Below, piece after piece: positions 7,943 through 18,244 of a stretch of DNA of 64,000 nucleotides (positions are counted from its first letter, which is position 1; the number at the start of each line of letters is the position of its first letter). Made by a program: the position numbers and the translations under genes. Origin of the DNA: a virus. A model generated the notes under the pieces. The model worked only from the letters and a program-made list of their open reading frames with translations. It had not been told where the DNA came from and searched no databases. The stretch lies in the IMG/VR virus record IMGVR_UViG_3300009168_000004, positions 11,336-75,335 of that record; one strand, 5' to 3'.

Positions 7943-8157
7943 GGAAGTTCCTGACGCCGGACCAGCGGCTGGAGATCATGAGGCTCTACCTCAAGGGCGA
8001 GAAGGTGGACGCGATAGCGGCAGCCTTCGGGGTGGGGAGGACGTACCCAACTCAGCTGTGTCACAGAAGGGGACTGCCGAAACGAAGACAGAGGGGCAGC
8101 GCGCCGCAGCGAGAGGAGGTCGGGGTGACGCTTAGTGCCGCCTTCGGCAGCGACTAA
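7939..8157 (+). CDS. Small HTH protein
   Basis: LYLKGEKVDAIAAAFGVGRTY helix-turn-helix pattern. Confidence 0.65.
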   Translation: MRKFLTPDQRLEIMRLYLKGEKVDAIAAAFGVGRTYPTQLCHRRGLPKRRQRGSAPQREEVGVTLSAAFGSD

Positions 8158-8441
8158 GCGCTGACCTTGAAGTCGGGCGTCGCCATCTGGACGGCGCCCG
8201 ACTCGAAGCCCGAGAGGTCGGCGTCCGGGGACAGAACGGCCACCACGACCTCGGCCACCTGCCACCTGGCCATCTGGATCTTCACCCGGAGATGCGCCAG
8301 GTCCAGGCCATCCTGGGCTGGCAGCCCCCTCAGCTTGGCCCAGGATTTGAGACAGGCGCGCTCGGAACCGACGTGAACTAAGGCCCCGACGGGGTTGAAC
8401 AGGCCCATTTGGCCACGCTTGTGGTGCAGTTTGCCGCCCAT
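8154..8441 (-). CDS. Hypothetical protein
   Basis: ORF with an upstream GAGGGG RBS, convergent on the HTH gene. Confidence 0.5.
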   Translation of the reverse strand: MGGKLHHKRGQMGLFNPVGALVHVGSERACLKSWAKLRGLPAQDGLDLAHLRVKIQMARWQVAEVVVAVLSPDADLSGFESGAVQMATPDFKVSA

Positions 8442-8755
8442 TCGTCGGTTCCCCTCTCAGATTGGCTGGGAAGCCCAAGGAGCGGGCTTCCAGCCGAAGG
8501 CCACATATCGCCCACCCAGCCGCTCAGGCCACGCCGGCGGGCTCCTAATCAGCTCACCGGTTCCGGGGCTGAGCCCCTGCGTCCTGCAGATCTGACAAAA
8601 AAGCTCCCAGATCCTCTCTCCCCCCGGACTTCGCACAAGACGCTCAGCATGAGAGAAAGTTCGCTCCGGAGTTGCCCTGACATGCCCGGACAGCACAAGA
8701 TTGCCCCTTCAGCTCCGACGCCAATGTCTCCATCCTGAATATCTATAACTGGCGG

Positions 8756-8926
8756 TCAGAAGACGGCCAGGTACTTCAGCATGACCAGGATGCCGATGAT
8801 GATCACGACGATCCTGATGATGTTCTTGATCCTCGCGTCGCCGATCGGCATCAGGTCGACCAGGTAGACGATCAGGACGATGACCAGGAACGTGACCAGG
8901 ATGCTGATGACTATGCTCATGCTCAT
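8756..8926 (-). CDS. Two-TM small membrane protein, possible holin
   Basis: Not in the ORF track. MSMSIVISILVTFLVIVLIVYLVDLMPIGDARIKNIIRIVVIIIGILVMLKYLAVF; last gene of the structural operon. Confidence 0.65.
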   Translation of the reverse strand: MSMSIVISILVTFLVIVLIVYLVDLMPIGDARIKNIIRIVVIIIGILVMLKYLAVF

Positions 8927-8947
8927 TGGGGTTCCCTTCCGGGGTGC

Positions 8948-9346
8948 TCAGGTCCCGATTGTGAAGCTCAGGTCTCCGGCCGAGAACAGGACCTGCTGGC
9001 CGGTCAGGATGGACTGCGGGGACGAAAGAGCCTTGGAGGCCAGCCGGTTCCCCGCGGAGGCGGCGTCGAACACGGCGACCCAGTCCAGATCGACGTCGCC
9101 CTCGGACGCGCCCCAGTCCACGTCGTCGGACGACTCCATGACGTTGACCGTGCCAGCCGAAGGCACCGTCCAGACGATCGCTTGCCGTCCGGCTGAGTTG
9201 ACGTCGGCCGACACCTCGACGCCGGCCGCCTTGGGGTCGCCGTCGAAGAGCGCCAGGTAGACCGTCGCTGGAGCCGTCGGCATGGCCTGGCCGCCGAGCC
9301 ACCGGACGATCTTGTTTCCCAGGTACGTTGAGAGGTCGCTTGCCAT
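8948..9346 (-). CDS. Small virion fibre-associated protein (paralogue of 20556-20930)
   Basis: MASDLSTYLGNKIVRWL...VYLALFDGDP...FDAASAGNRL; AGGAG RBS. Confidence 0.75.
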   Translation of the reverse strand: MASDLSTYLGNKIVRWLGGQAMPTAPATVYLALFDGDPKAAGVEVSADVNSAGRQAIVWTVPSAGTVNVMESSDDVDWGASEGDVDLDWVAVFDAASAGNRLASKALSSPQSILTGQQVLFSAGDLSFTIGT

Positions 9347-9357
9347 CACATCTCCTT

Positions 9358-12300
9358 TTATCGCCCCGACGGGATCGGGGACACTTGGACTCTGGTTACG
9401 GGTTCGTGAGCCTCCCTGGCCCGAAGCCTGCCCTCGTCGACGAAGTGGGCGGCGAGGTGCAGAGCGACCGAGGGGGCGGCTTCGAGGATGCTCTCGTCGA
9501 CGAAGTGCGAGGACAGCTCGACGGGGCAGGACGCCATCACGAACTCGACCTCGACCAGGTACTGGAAGCCCATCGCGAAGCCCGAGGTTCCGAGGAAGCG
9601 ATACCAGGAGTACGCCGTCGAGTTGACCGAGAAGTCCAGGAGCTGGTCGATCTGATCGATCAGGAGCGGAGAGCCGATGGCGGTCCAGGACGACCCGTCC
9701 GCGCTGCCCTGGAACTGGTAGGTGCCGAGCTGGTCCGCCGAGGACTGCACCACCCGGACGCCGGTGATCTTGGCCGGCACGTCGAGGGCGAACTTGATGT
9801 AGAGCCCGGTGACGTCCGCGTTCATGTCGATGCCGAGGGCGTCGGTGACCCCTGAGCTGAACCAGTTGAAGGCGCCGTCTACGATGTTGCTGGCGGTCCC
9901 CTCGAAGGTGGCCAGGTCCGTGGTGACCGCGATGCGCCCCGTCCGGTCGCCGATCCGCAGGTTGCATGGGTTGGTGTCCGTGATCTCCACAGAGAGCACG
10001 CCCTCGTCCACGAAGTGCGCCTCGAGCGCCGCCGGTCCCGGCGGACCGCCATCGATGTCGAAGATCGACTCGTCGACGAAGTGGGCTTCGAGGCTGACGA
10101 CCGCAGGGGGATCTCCCGCGCACGCACCCGACGAGAGCTGGGGGAACATGCGAAAGTCGAACTCGTTGATGCCGATCGAGTTGAGCCAGCCGGGGGTGCT
10201 CTTCTGCCGGATGCGGTACCACCGATAAGATCCTGGGGCGTCGACGTTCTGCTCGCTCGTGAAGGCGAAGCCCGTGCCCGCGTGCCAGGGGTCGGTCAGG
10301 ACGTGGACGTCTGAGACGAAGTCGTCGTTGGAGCCCTCGAAGTAGTGCTGACCATGGAAGTCGGTTCCGGGGGTGAAGCCGTTCATCTTCGTGGTCTCGA
10401 TGAAGACCTTCTGCCGGAAGTCGAACTTGATGACCACGCCGGTCTGCGCCGTCGTGATGACGATGCCGCTCGCCGTGACGCCGTCCACCAGCTCGTGGAT
10501 CGCCCCAGAGTCAAGTGTGCCAGTGAGGCTCATCCCGATCCCATACGGACCATCGTTGTCGCGGTTGCCCAGGCTCTGCACGTACTTGTAGGTTCCGCAG
10601 GGGTTCCCCGCGCTGCCGCCGTCGATCCAGAACTCCACCTCCTGGATCTTCAGGGCGCCGGAGCCGCTGACCCTGCGCATGCGGTAGTAGCGGAAGAACT
10701 GATCGTTGTCCTCGAGCGTCGCGACCGTGCGGAAGTAGGAGCCATTGTTGACGATCTCGTTGGCCAGGTTCGTGGGGACCGAGCAGATCGTCCAGGTCGA
10801 GCCGTCGTTCGAGCCCTCCCACACTGCAGTCTGGTTCGTGTCCGCGTTGCCGGTCTGCCAGTAGATCGCCGCCTGGCGCACCATGCGGAGCGAGCCGAAG
10901 TCGAACTTGATCGCCCAGTTGGAGTCGACCAGGAGCGCGAAGGGGCTGAACCCGGTGCGCACCCCGTCCACGATGCAGTCCAGGTCAGAGCCCGTGTCCT
11001 CGGTCCCGGCGTCCAGGGAGACGACGATGTCTCCCGTCCGGTCGCCGGAGCCCAGGGCGTTCGCGTAGCTCAGGCAGATGTCGCCGGGGTCCAGGTTGGC
11101 CTCGAGGGTCCTGAACTGGACCTCCCGGACGAAGTGCGAGACCGACGAGCTGCCGGCCTGGAGCTCCAGCTTGTAGTGCAGGAACGCCTTGTCGTTCGCG
11201 TTGAAGCCGTTGTAGGTCGTGGTGTTGCCAATGTCGCTGCCGCCGATGCGGACGGGCTCCCGGCCGATCGCTTCGTAGGACGACCCGTCGTTCGATCCGT
11301 ACGCGCGCCAGAGCCCTTGAGCCGATGAGCCTGACTGAACCCACTTCATCTCATTGATGACCTGCGCCCGGATGAAGTGGAAGACCAGGCCGCCCGAGGT
11401 TCCGATCGTCAGCCAGGCCACGTCGTCGCCCGTGTCGCCGTCGAACCAGGACCCGTCGGCTGCAGCCTCCGACGGGTTGATCGTGAAGTCAGCGTCCACC
11501 GCCGTGACCGAGATCGCCCCGGTCCTGTCCACCGTGATGTAGGCCGGCAGGGGGTCGGGCACCGCGTCCGTGGCGCCGATGATGAACTCGATCTCCTCGA
11601 TCCACGCGTCGTCGGTCAGGATGACGTCGGGGTCTGTCTTGCGCAGGCGGTAGTACTTGTAGCCGTTCGGGTTGGTGAAGGTGTACTCTGCGTCTACGTC
11701 CTCGCCCAGCGCGATGCCAGTCATGAGTGGCACATAGCCGGTCTGTGGGGCATCTGACGCCTCAAACGTCCACACACCCAGAGCCTCGACGCTCTCCTGG
11801 TACCACTTGAAGCCCACGATCCGCTGCTTGAACCCGGACGGGCGGAAGTCGAAGACGATCGAGGCGCTGGTCTGGTTCAGCGCCTCGTCGAACTTGAACG
11901 AGCCCGTGGCGTCGTTCGTGAAGCTGCCGTCGATCAGCTTGGCCGCGTTGCCGGACAGGTCAGAGAAGTTCTGCGAGACCCAGATGGTGCCCGTCCGATC
12001 GCCCGTCCCTCCGGGCTCGCCGTAGTCTGGAGCCGGCGGCGGGTCCGGCGGCGGGTCCGGCGTCGTCTCGGAGGAGTTGATCTTGAACTCGAACTCGATC
12101 AGCTCCGGCACCGACGGCGGGACGACCGACTTCCCCTGCGTCATGCGGAAGTAGCGATAGCCGACGGTGCTCTGGAAGCCGGCGATCTCGATGCAGGCGA
12201 CCGCGTACTCCTCGCCAGCCGTGAACAGCCACAGGCCGCTCGCCAGGTTGACGTAGGTCGCATCGTCGTCTGAGCCCTCGAACAGCCAGACGCCCATCGT

Positions 12301-12543
12301 CATGGAGTGAACGTGCGTCCGGATGTAGTACCGGAAGGCGTCGATGACGGGGTCGGCTCCTGAGCCGAAGTCGAACTTGATGTAGCCGTCCCCCTGACCT
12401 GGCGTCATGGCCAGCCCGGGGTTGGCGGTGGTGTCCCCGTTCACCAGGTCGTTCGGGTCCCCCGCAAACATGTTGGACGTGACGGTGATGTCGGCCGTCC
12501 GGTCGCCTGCGCCTCCGGGGTTGGAGTATGCTGTGTCGACCAT
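9358..12543 (-). CDS. Tail fibre/receptor-binding protein with about six discoidin (F5/8 type C)-like domains
   Basis: Repeated GDRTG.I.V...L.DG...KFDF...EGSND...YRYYR...E.EF units. Confidence 0.75.
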   Translation of the reverse strand: MVDTAYSNPGGAGDRTADITVTSNMFAGDPNDLVNGDTTANPGLAMTPGQGDGYIKFDFGSGADPVIDAFRYYIRTHVHSMTMGVWLFEGSDDDATYVNLASGLWLFTAGEEYAVACIEIAGFQSTVGYRYFRMTQGKSVVPPSVPELIEFEFKINSSETTPDPPPDPPPAPDYGEPGGTGDRTGTIWVSQNFSDLSGNAAKLIDGSFTNDATGSFKFDEALNQTSASIVFDFRPSGFKQRIVGFKWYQESVEALGVWTFEASDAPQTGYVPLMTGIALGEDVDAEYTFTNPNGYKYYRLRKTDPDVILTDDAWIEEIEFIIGATDAVPDPLPAYITVDRTGAISVTAVDADFTINPSEAAADGSWFDGDTGDDVAWLTIGTSGGLVFHFIRAQVINEMKWVQSGSSAQGLWRAYGSNDGSSYEAIGREPVRIGGSDIGNTTTYNGFNANDKAFLHYKLELQAGSSSVSHFVREVQFRTLEANLDPGDICLSYANALGSGDRTGDIVVSLDAGTEDTGSDLDCIVDGVRTGFSPFALLVDSNWAIKFDFGSLRMVRQAAIYWQTGNADTNQTAVWEGSNDGSTWTICSVPTNLANEIVNNGSYFRTVATLEDNDQFFRYYRMRRVSGSGALKIQEVEFWIDGGSAGNPCGTYKYVQSLGNRDNDGPYGIGMSLTGTLDSGAIHELVDGVTASGIVITTAQTGVVIKFDFRQKVFIETTKMNGFTPGTDFHGQHYFEGSNDDFVSDVHVLTDPWHAGTGFAFTSEQNVDAPGSYRWYRIRQKSTPGWLNSIGINEFDFRMFPQLSSGACAGDPPAVVSLEAHFVDESIFDIDGGPPGPAALEAHFVDEGVLSVEITDTNPCNLRIGDRTGRIAVTTDLATFEGTASNIVDGAFNWFSSGVTDALGIDMNADVTGLYIKFALDVPAKITGVRVVQSSADQLGTYQFQGSADGSSWTAIGSPLLIDQIDQLLDFSVNSTAYSWYRFLGTSGFAMGFQYLVEVEFVMASCPVELSSHFVDESILEAAPSVALHLAAHFVDEGRLRAREAHEPVTRVQVSPIPSGR

Positions 12544-12544
12544 C

Positions 12545-13321
12545 TTACGATCCCGGTATCAGCCCACGTCGGCCAGCGAACGTTCCAGTGAACTCGACCG
12601 CAGACCCGTCGATGGCGACCGGCGGCATGATGGAGAGCCGATCGCCCGGCTCGAACTGCACCGCGTCCGGAAAGTCGATGGCGGGGTCCGTGTCCCCGGC
12701 GCCCCAGTTTAGCGTCCCGATCGGGGTGTCGTTCTTGCGGATCTCGAACTCCAGGGAGCTGGCAGGGCCAACGCGGAGCTGGAACAGCGAGTTGGCCAGG
12801 TTGTCCTCGAGGAAGACCTGCGTGGCGAAGAGGTGCGAGAAGAGCCGATCCTCGTCTGGGTCCAGCCCCAGGCCAGGCGCTCCGGGGACGAAGCAGGCCA
12901 CGTCGTAGCGGTAGGGATCGTCGCCCCAGAGGCGCAGGTACGCGGGCTCGCCCAGGATGATCAGGTCCGGGTTGAACGGCAGGTCGATCGTGTGGTCCTG
13001 CAGGACCATGAACAAGCCTTCGCCGAACACCGTGATGATGTCCAGCTCGAAGACGGGCTGCCCGTCCTGCGCCTCGCCGCGCCACTCGAACGCTGCGACC
13101 GGCAGGGTGTAGGGCCCGAACGTCGTGCCGTCGGAGAGGAAGATCATCATCTGGCTGCCGATGACCTCGATGTTGGAGATGCCAACCGCGCTCGGCGGGT
13201 TCTCCTCCATCTCCGTGACCCGGAAGTCCAGATCCCAGAAGTTCGTGTCGACCTCGGCCGCAGTGAGGGGCGACCCCGTGCCGGTGCCCCACACACCGTC
13301 TGTAACGTAGATGATGGCCAT
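12545..13321 (-). CDS. Tail tip protein
   Basis: GSPLTAAEVDTNF fibre-anchor-like N-terminus; located in the tail operon. Confidence 0.65.
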   Translation of the reverse strand: MAIIYVTDGVWGTGTGSPLTAAEVDTNFWDLDFRVTEMEENPPSAVGISNIEVIGSQMMIFLSDGTTFGPYTLPVAAFEWRGEAQDGQPVFELDIITVFGEGLFMVLQDHTIDLPFNPDLIILGEPAYLRLWGDDPYRYDVACFVPGAPGLGLDPDEDRLFSHLFATQVFLEDNLANSLFQLRVGPASSLEFEIRKNDTPIGTLNWGAGDTDPAIDFPDAVQFEPGDRLSIMPPVAIDGSAVEFTGTFAGRRGLIPGS

Positions 13322-13330
13322 GTCCTGTCC

Positions 13331-13723
13331 TTACGCCGGGTCTTTCGTAGTGCGCACCTGGTCCCGCTTGATGATCTCGATGTTGTCCGCCGGCTGGATG
13401 CGGGAGAAGCCGATGCGCGTTCGCTTCTTGTCGATCTGGTTCCGGCCCTGGTACTCGGTCATGACCTCGACGTCGACGTACTGGTTGGCGTCGTCCTTGT
13501 TCTTGATCCTGGCCACGTCGAACTTGCGGCGCTCCTCCTTCGGGTTCGACTCGGCTTCGACGTCGTTCTGGTTCGAGGCGCTGAGCTGGAAGACGCTGGA
13601 CCCGCTGTTGCCCCACTCCATGACGGTGTCCTCGACGATCTTCTCCTCGGGCTTCGTCGTCCGGCCGGCAGGGAAGACGCCACCGGGCAGGAACGGGCGG
13701 ACCAGGTTCTCGACGTTGCTCAT
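13331..13723 (-). CDS. Tail hypothetical protein
   Basis: MSNVENLVRP start with GGAGG RBS and ATGA overlap. Confidence 0.7.
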   Translation of the reverse strand: MSNVENLVRPFLPGGVFPAGRTTKPEEKIVEDTVMEWGNSGSSVFQLSASNQNDVEAESNPKEERRKFDVARIKNKDDANQYVDVEVMTEYQGRNQIDKKRTRIGFSRIQPADNIEIIKRDQVRTTKDPA

Positions 13724-15627
13724 GCGGTGGCCTCCAAGTCGATCTGGGTCGGGATGACGAGATCTTCGACTGTGATGGTGACGAAGGTCTCGAAGGGTCC
13801 GGTCGTCAGGGGCTTCAGCGTGAGGCTGATGACCGTCGGGATCTCCTTGAGCGCGCCGTTGACTGCCGCCACGTCTGCGATCATCGGGATCAAAGGCTCG
13901 AGAACGAGGCGCTGATCCTTGGACGAGTTCGTGATGCTGACCGCCTTGACCAGGTCCTTGGCCTTCAGGTTCAGGAGGTCGATACCGTCGTCGTTGGGCG
14001 TGTAAGCGTCCACCGTGAACGCGAGCTCCGTGACCGTCGGGTCGATCAGGCTGACGAGGGAGTCGTAGACCTGGTAGTCGGCCCCGACGTAGTCGGCTGA
14101 GCAGTAGGTCGGGGTGCCGGCGCTCTCGGTGTAGGGGGGTTCGTCCTTCCCGATCAGGCAGGCGAAGGTGATCTTGCTGAGGGCGGCTCCCGTGTCCCCG
14201 TCCAGGGAGTGAGCAATGGTGATGACCTTGCCCGTGGCCTCGCCGCCGGGGAGCCGGCCGTTCGTGACCTGGGCGTTCTTGCGCAGGCTGAACTCCAGCC
14301 CGACGTCCATCGGGCACTCGAACGTGATCTCGACGGCCCTGGCCTTGCCCAGCAGGTTGGCCCTGGCGATGCAGAGCAGGTACTTGATGGCCGCCTGTCC
14401 GCGCTCGGTCGTGAAGAACTTGCGCCTTCGCACGTCGCCGATCGGGACCTCGTCGCCAATCCAGTCGCTGATCTTGTTGCCGTTGATCTCCACCCGGATG
14501 ATCTCGTCCTCTCCGGGCTCGGTCACGATCGGCTGGCAGGACGTTTTGAGATTGATGACCAGGGTCTCGCGATACTTCCTGGACACGTCGTAGCCCAGCA
14601 CAAGGCGACCGATCCCGTAGCCCAGGGGAGCGTAGGTCATCTCGACCTGGCTGCTGAAGCCAGCCGTCTCGCCGCTCCACCACTTGCCGCTGACCTTCGG
14701 CTCGAAGATGATCGAACCGACGGAGAGGGGCACCGGCGGGACGGGGTCGTCGAACGGGTGCTCCGGGTCGGCGAAGTAGTGCGGGATCTCCATCTCGGGG
14801 ACGCTGAGCAGCGAGTGGTCTTCGAGCTCCCCCAGGATCACGATGTAGCCGCCGGGGACCTTGGCGCCGGTCTTGGGCCAGTCCCCAAACAGCCCCTTGA
14901 ACGTGAAGGACGTCAGGAACTTCCCGCCCTGGTAAGCCTCGGGGTCGACCGGCCAGGCCTTCTCGATGAAGGGCATCATGTTGAGCCCGTCCCCAACGTC
15001 CACCACCACATCCTGGTCCCAGTCGACGGTTCCCTGCAGGACGATGGCGGAGGCCGGGGAGGCGTTCAGGGTCAACTGCATGTTCTCGTAGAACTGATCG
15101 TCCTCGGACAGCGTGACCGTGCCGTCTTCGCCGGAGATGATCGAGCTGACCGTCAGGTCGTGAGTCACCGGGTCAACGTGCCAGTGCACGGCGCGGCTCT
15201 CCAGCACGACGTCCGGGTCGTCCAGCTTGTCCTCGGAGATGAAGATCGGATCGTAGAAGGGGGAGACCTTGAGCGTGTCGGCCAGCGCAGCCTTCTGCTC
15301 CAGATAGTCCTCGGGGCGAGCCGTGAAGGTGACCGTCACGATCTCGGCGAAGACGTCCGTCGGGACGCCGACGATGCGGCCATAGAAGATCGGGATGATC
15401 ACGCCCGCGTCGATCTCCTTGGACAGAAACGCCCACCGCATCCGGCCAGGCTTCAGGAAGCCCCCGTCCCTCGGGTTCCTCAGGTCGATGTCGATCTGCG
15501 CGAACTCGCCCTCGGTGTGGATGAACTCGAACGCCAGGACGTCCTCGTCCACAACGTTGTGCACGTCAGGATCGAAGGCGATCCCGCCGGAGGCCACGTA
15601 CGCGAAGTAGAAGCGGTCCTTTGCCAT
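13720..15627 (-). CDS. Tail tip/baseplate hub-like protein
   Basis: 635-aa acidic, beta-rich protein two genes after the tape measure. Confidence 0.6.
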   Translation of the reverse strand: MAKDRFYFAYVASGGIAFDPDVHNVVDEDVLAFEFIHTEGEFAQIDIDLRNPRDGGFLKPGRMRWAFLSKEIDAGVIIPIFYGRIVGVPTDVFAEIVTVTFTARPEDYLEQKAALADTLKVSPFYDPIFISEDKLDDPDVVLESRAVHWHVDPVTHDLTVSSIISGEDGTVTLSEDDQFYENMQLTLNASPASAIVLQGTVDWDQDVVVDVGDGLNMMPFIEKAWPVDPEAYQGGKFLTSFTFKGLFGDWPKTGAKVPGGYIVILGELEDHSLLSVPEMEIPHYFADPEHPFDDPVPPVPLSVGSIIFEPKVSGKWWSGETAGFSSQVEMTYAPLGYGIGRLVLGYDVSRKYRETLVINLKTSCQPIVTEPGEDEIIRVEINGNKISDWIGDEVPIGDVRRRKFFTTERGQAAIKYLLCIARANLLGKARAVEITFECPMDVGLEFSLRKNAQVTNGRLPGGEATGKVITIAHSLDGDTGAALSKITFACLIGKDEPPYTESAGTPTYCSADYVGADYQVYDSLVSLIDPTVTELAFTVDAYTPNDDGIDLLNLKAKDLVKAVSITNSSKDQRLVLEPLIPMIADVAAVNGALKEIPTVISLTLKPLTTGPFETFVTITVEDLVIPTQIDLEATA

Positions 15628-16082
15628 CAGCTTGGGTCGTCGTCCAGTTCATACTCTTCGAGCGCAACGCTCCAGTTCACGCCCGCCGCCCACTCCTCCT
15701 CGGAGATCGAAAAGCTCATGACGCGCATGACCAGGACCGGCCGGTAGTAGGTCCAGGCCCCTTCGACCACGTGGCTACCTGGCACCGCGTCGCGCTCCTG
15801 AGCTCCGCCGGAGGTCTTGTACGAGAGGAAGGACAGGCACCTGACGGTCACCAGGGTTCCGGGGAAGTACGCGAACGGCGGCCGCTGGTCGGCGCCGCTG
15901 ACGCTCGAGGCGAACAGCTTGAACTGTGGCAGCGAGACGTCGATCAGCTTTCCGTTGATCGACCTGCGCATCTGCGCCGCCTGCTGGATCGGGGCCAGCG
16001 TCTGAGTCAAGCCTCGGGCCGAGTAGGGCGGCAGGCCGGCGCCGCTGATCTCGAGGAGCGTTGAGAACCCTGGTGCTGGCAT
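15627..16082 (-). CDS. Distal tail-like protein
   Basis: MPAPGFSTLLEISG...MRRSINGKLID; immediately downstream of the tape measure. Confidence 0.6.
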   Translation of the reverse strand: MPAPGFSTLLEISGAGLPPYSARGLTQTLAPIQQAAQMRRSINGKLIDVSLPQFKLFASSVSGADQRPPFAYFPGTLVTVRCLSFLSYKTSGGAQERDAVPGSHVVEGAWTYYRPVLVMRVMSFSISEEEWAAGVNWSVALEEYELDDDPS

Positions 16083-18244
16083 TATCGTCCCACCCACTGC
16101 GGCTTGCGTCCGGTCGACCTGGTCTGCCGCCGGACCGCGTACTTGATCAGGCCCCTGGCGCTGTCCTCGGACGCCGTCACCGGGAAGCTCTCGCCACCCG
16201 GCAGGTTCAGGACGATGGGCCTGCCCCCGGCGGCCGGAGCCTGGACTGGCCCCCCATCCGCGAACCGTGGCCTGCTGACGCTGCCTGCGAGCCCGCCCAG
16301 CGCGTGCTGGAAAGCCCCGCCAGGATTGAAGGTCCCGTTGTTGACTGAGCGCATGAACGCGTGGCCGTACTTGCGGACCGCCCTGGCGCGGATGACCCAC
16401 TCGTTGTTCGAGAGCCAAGCCGGGATGCTGTCGGAGGTGGAGGTTCCGGGTCCCCGGATGTGCCCGCCTCCGGCGGCCTTGACCTCCCCGCCGCCCGCCG
16501 CGTTGTTGGCCTTGCTCTTGATCTTGTCCAGGAGCGACAGGAGGCTCTGGGCGAAGGTGAAGAGCCCACCCAGCTTCGACATGACGAACTCGACCGCGGC
16601 ATTCCAGACGTTCTGAAAGGTCTGCGTGATCGACGTCCAGATCCCGTTGACGGTGTCAGCGATGAACTGGAGGCCAGACCTGATCGCGTCGGGCAGGGTG
16701 ACGGTGAAGAAGTTGACGAGCCCGTTCCAGACGGCGATGCTCGCATCGACGATCCACTTCCAGCCCGCAGCTACGATCTCTCCGAGGCTCTTCAGAGCAG
16801 ATGAGATCGCGTCGGGCAGAGTCGTTCCGAAGAACGTGGTGATGCCCTGCAGGATCGACGACACCCCCGACGAGATCGCCTGCGGAAGAGTCGTCCCGAA
16901 GAACGTGACGAGCGCCGCCCAGACCTTGGTGATGTCCCCGCCCATCGCCTCGAAGGCGGCGAACGCCAGCATAACCGCGGCGATGGCCAGGCCGATCGGA
17001 CCGAGCGACGCGACCACAAGACGCAGAGCAACCGCCAGGCCCCGGAGACCAATGGCCGCAAATCCAAGCGCTTGGGGCAGGCGAAGGAGGACGCTGAGGA
17101 CGATCTGGAAGGCGCCACCTCCGGCCTTGAGCAGCGCGAACAGGACCGTGAAGGCTCGGGTCATCAGTCCCACAAGAACGACGATGGCCAGGCCGCCGCC
17201 CGTGAGCTCCGTCCCGAAGACCGCGTTGATCGCGGCGGCCACCGGCTGCAGGGCAGCGACGAAGGAGTTGATCGCGGGGATGACCGCGTTCTGGATGATG
17301 TTCGCGATCGTCCCGACGGCCTGGCCGATCACGGTGAACGCCCGCTCGACGCCTCCGCCCTGGACGAACGCGTCGATCTTGGCGGCGATCGAGTCGAACG
17401 TGGCGATGATCTTCGCTCGGTTCTGCTCGAACAGGGCGACCACGCGGTTGACGATGCCGGAGACTGCAGGACCGAGACTCCGCTGCATGTCGCCGATGAA
17501 GGTGTCCGCCGCCCGTCCGGCCGTGATGAGCGAACCGGCGAGGGTTCCGCCGAACGTGTCGGCCAGCTTGCCGAAGGCCTCCTGCTTGGCCGCCGTAGCC
17601 TGAAGCCGCTGCGTCTCCTCCCGCAGCGCCTCCTCCTGCTGCCGGGTGAACTCCGCTTCCTTCTGAGACTGCTTGTACGAGAAGTTCAGATCCTGGATCG
17701 CCTGGTCGTACTCAGAGAAGGAGAGCTTGCCGTTGGCCAGGTCCCGATTGAGCCCCTGAACCGACTGGCGATAGCTGAACTGCGCCTTCTCGGTGGCCTG
17801 GGCAGTCTGGGCGGCTCGGATCTGCGCGTCGGTCTGCGAGTCCTGCGACTTGCCAGCCTCGTCGTAGGACTTGGCAGCCAGCCTCGCCCCGGCGATCAGG
17901 CCTCCGCTGACCGCCGCAGCCATCGTGGCGACCCGACGGGAGCCCATGATGAAGCGGTTCGAGGCAGTGGCTGCGCGTCCCAGCCCGGACGTGAGCTTGC
18001 CGAAGCCGCTGGACATCGCCTCGATCGAGCCGAGCGCGCCAGGTGCAGGCCTGAGCTGCTGCAGAGCCTTGGCTCCGGAGCGCATCTGCGTGAACCAGCT
18101 GCTCAGGCTCTTGCCGGACCGCGCCGCCGCGCCGTCGATCGTCGCGAACGCGGTCTGTCCGGCCGCGCCGAGCGCAAGGAGGCCAGCCTCGGCTTGGGGC
18201 AGGCCTTCGATCCTGACTTCGGAAACGAGGTCTTCGTCAGCCAT
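16082..18244 (-). CDS. Tape measure protein
   Basis: Ala/Gly-rich helical protein with Trp/Phe-spaced repeats and C-terminal GGHIRGPGTSTSDSIPAWLSNNEWVI. Confidence 0.9.
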   Translation of the reverse strand: MADEDLVSEVRIEGLPQAEAGLLALGAAGQTAFATIDGAAARSGKSLSSWFTQMRSGAKALQQLRPAPGALGSIEAMSSGFGKLTSGLGRAATASNRFIMGSRRVATMAAAVSGGLIAGARLAAKSYDEAGKSQDSQTDAQIRAAQTAQATEKAQFSYRQSVQGLNRDLANGKLSFSEYDQAIQDLNFSYKQSQKEAEFTRQQEEALREETQRLQATAAKQEAFGKLADTFGGTLAGSLITAGRAADTFIGDMQRSLGPAVSGIVNRVVALFEQNRAKIIATFDSIAAKIDAFVQGGGVERAFTVIGQAVGTIANIIQNAVIPAINSFVAALQPVAAAINAVFGTELTGGGLAIVVLVGLMTRAFTVLFALLKAGGGAFQIVLSVLLRLPQALGFAAIGLRGLAVALRLVVASLGPIGLAIAAVMLAFAAFEAMGGDITKVWAALVTFFGTTLPQAISSGVSSILQGITTFFGTTLPDAISSALKSLGEIVAAGWKWIVDASIAVWNGLVNFFTVTLPDAIRSGLQFIADTVNGIWTSITQTFQNVWNAAVEFVMSKLGGLFTFAQSLLSLLDKIKSKANNAAGGGEVKAAGGGHIRGPGTSTSDSIPAWLSNNEWVIRARAVRKYGHAFMRSVNNGTFNPGGAFQHALGGLAGSVSRPRFADGGPVQAPAAGGRPIVLNLPGGESFPVTASEDSARGLIKYAVRRQTRSTGRKPQWVGR

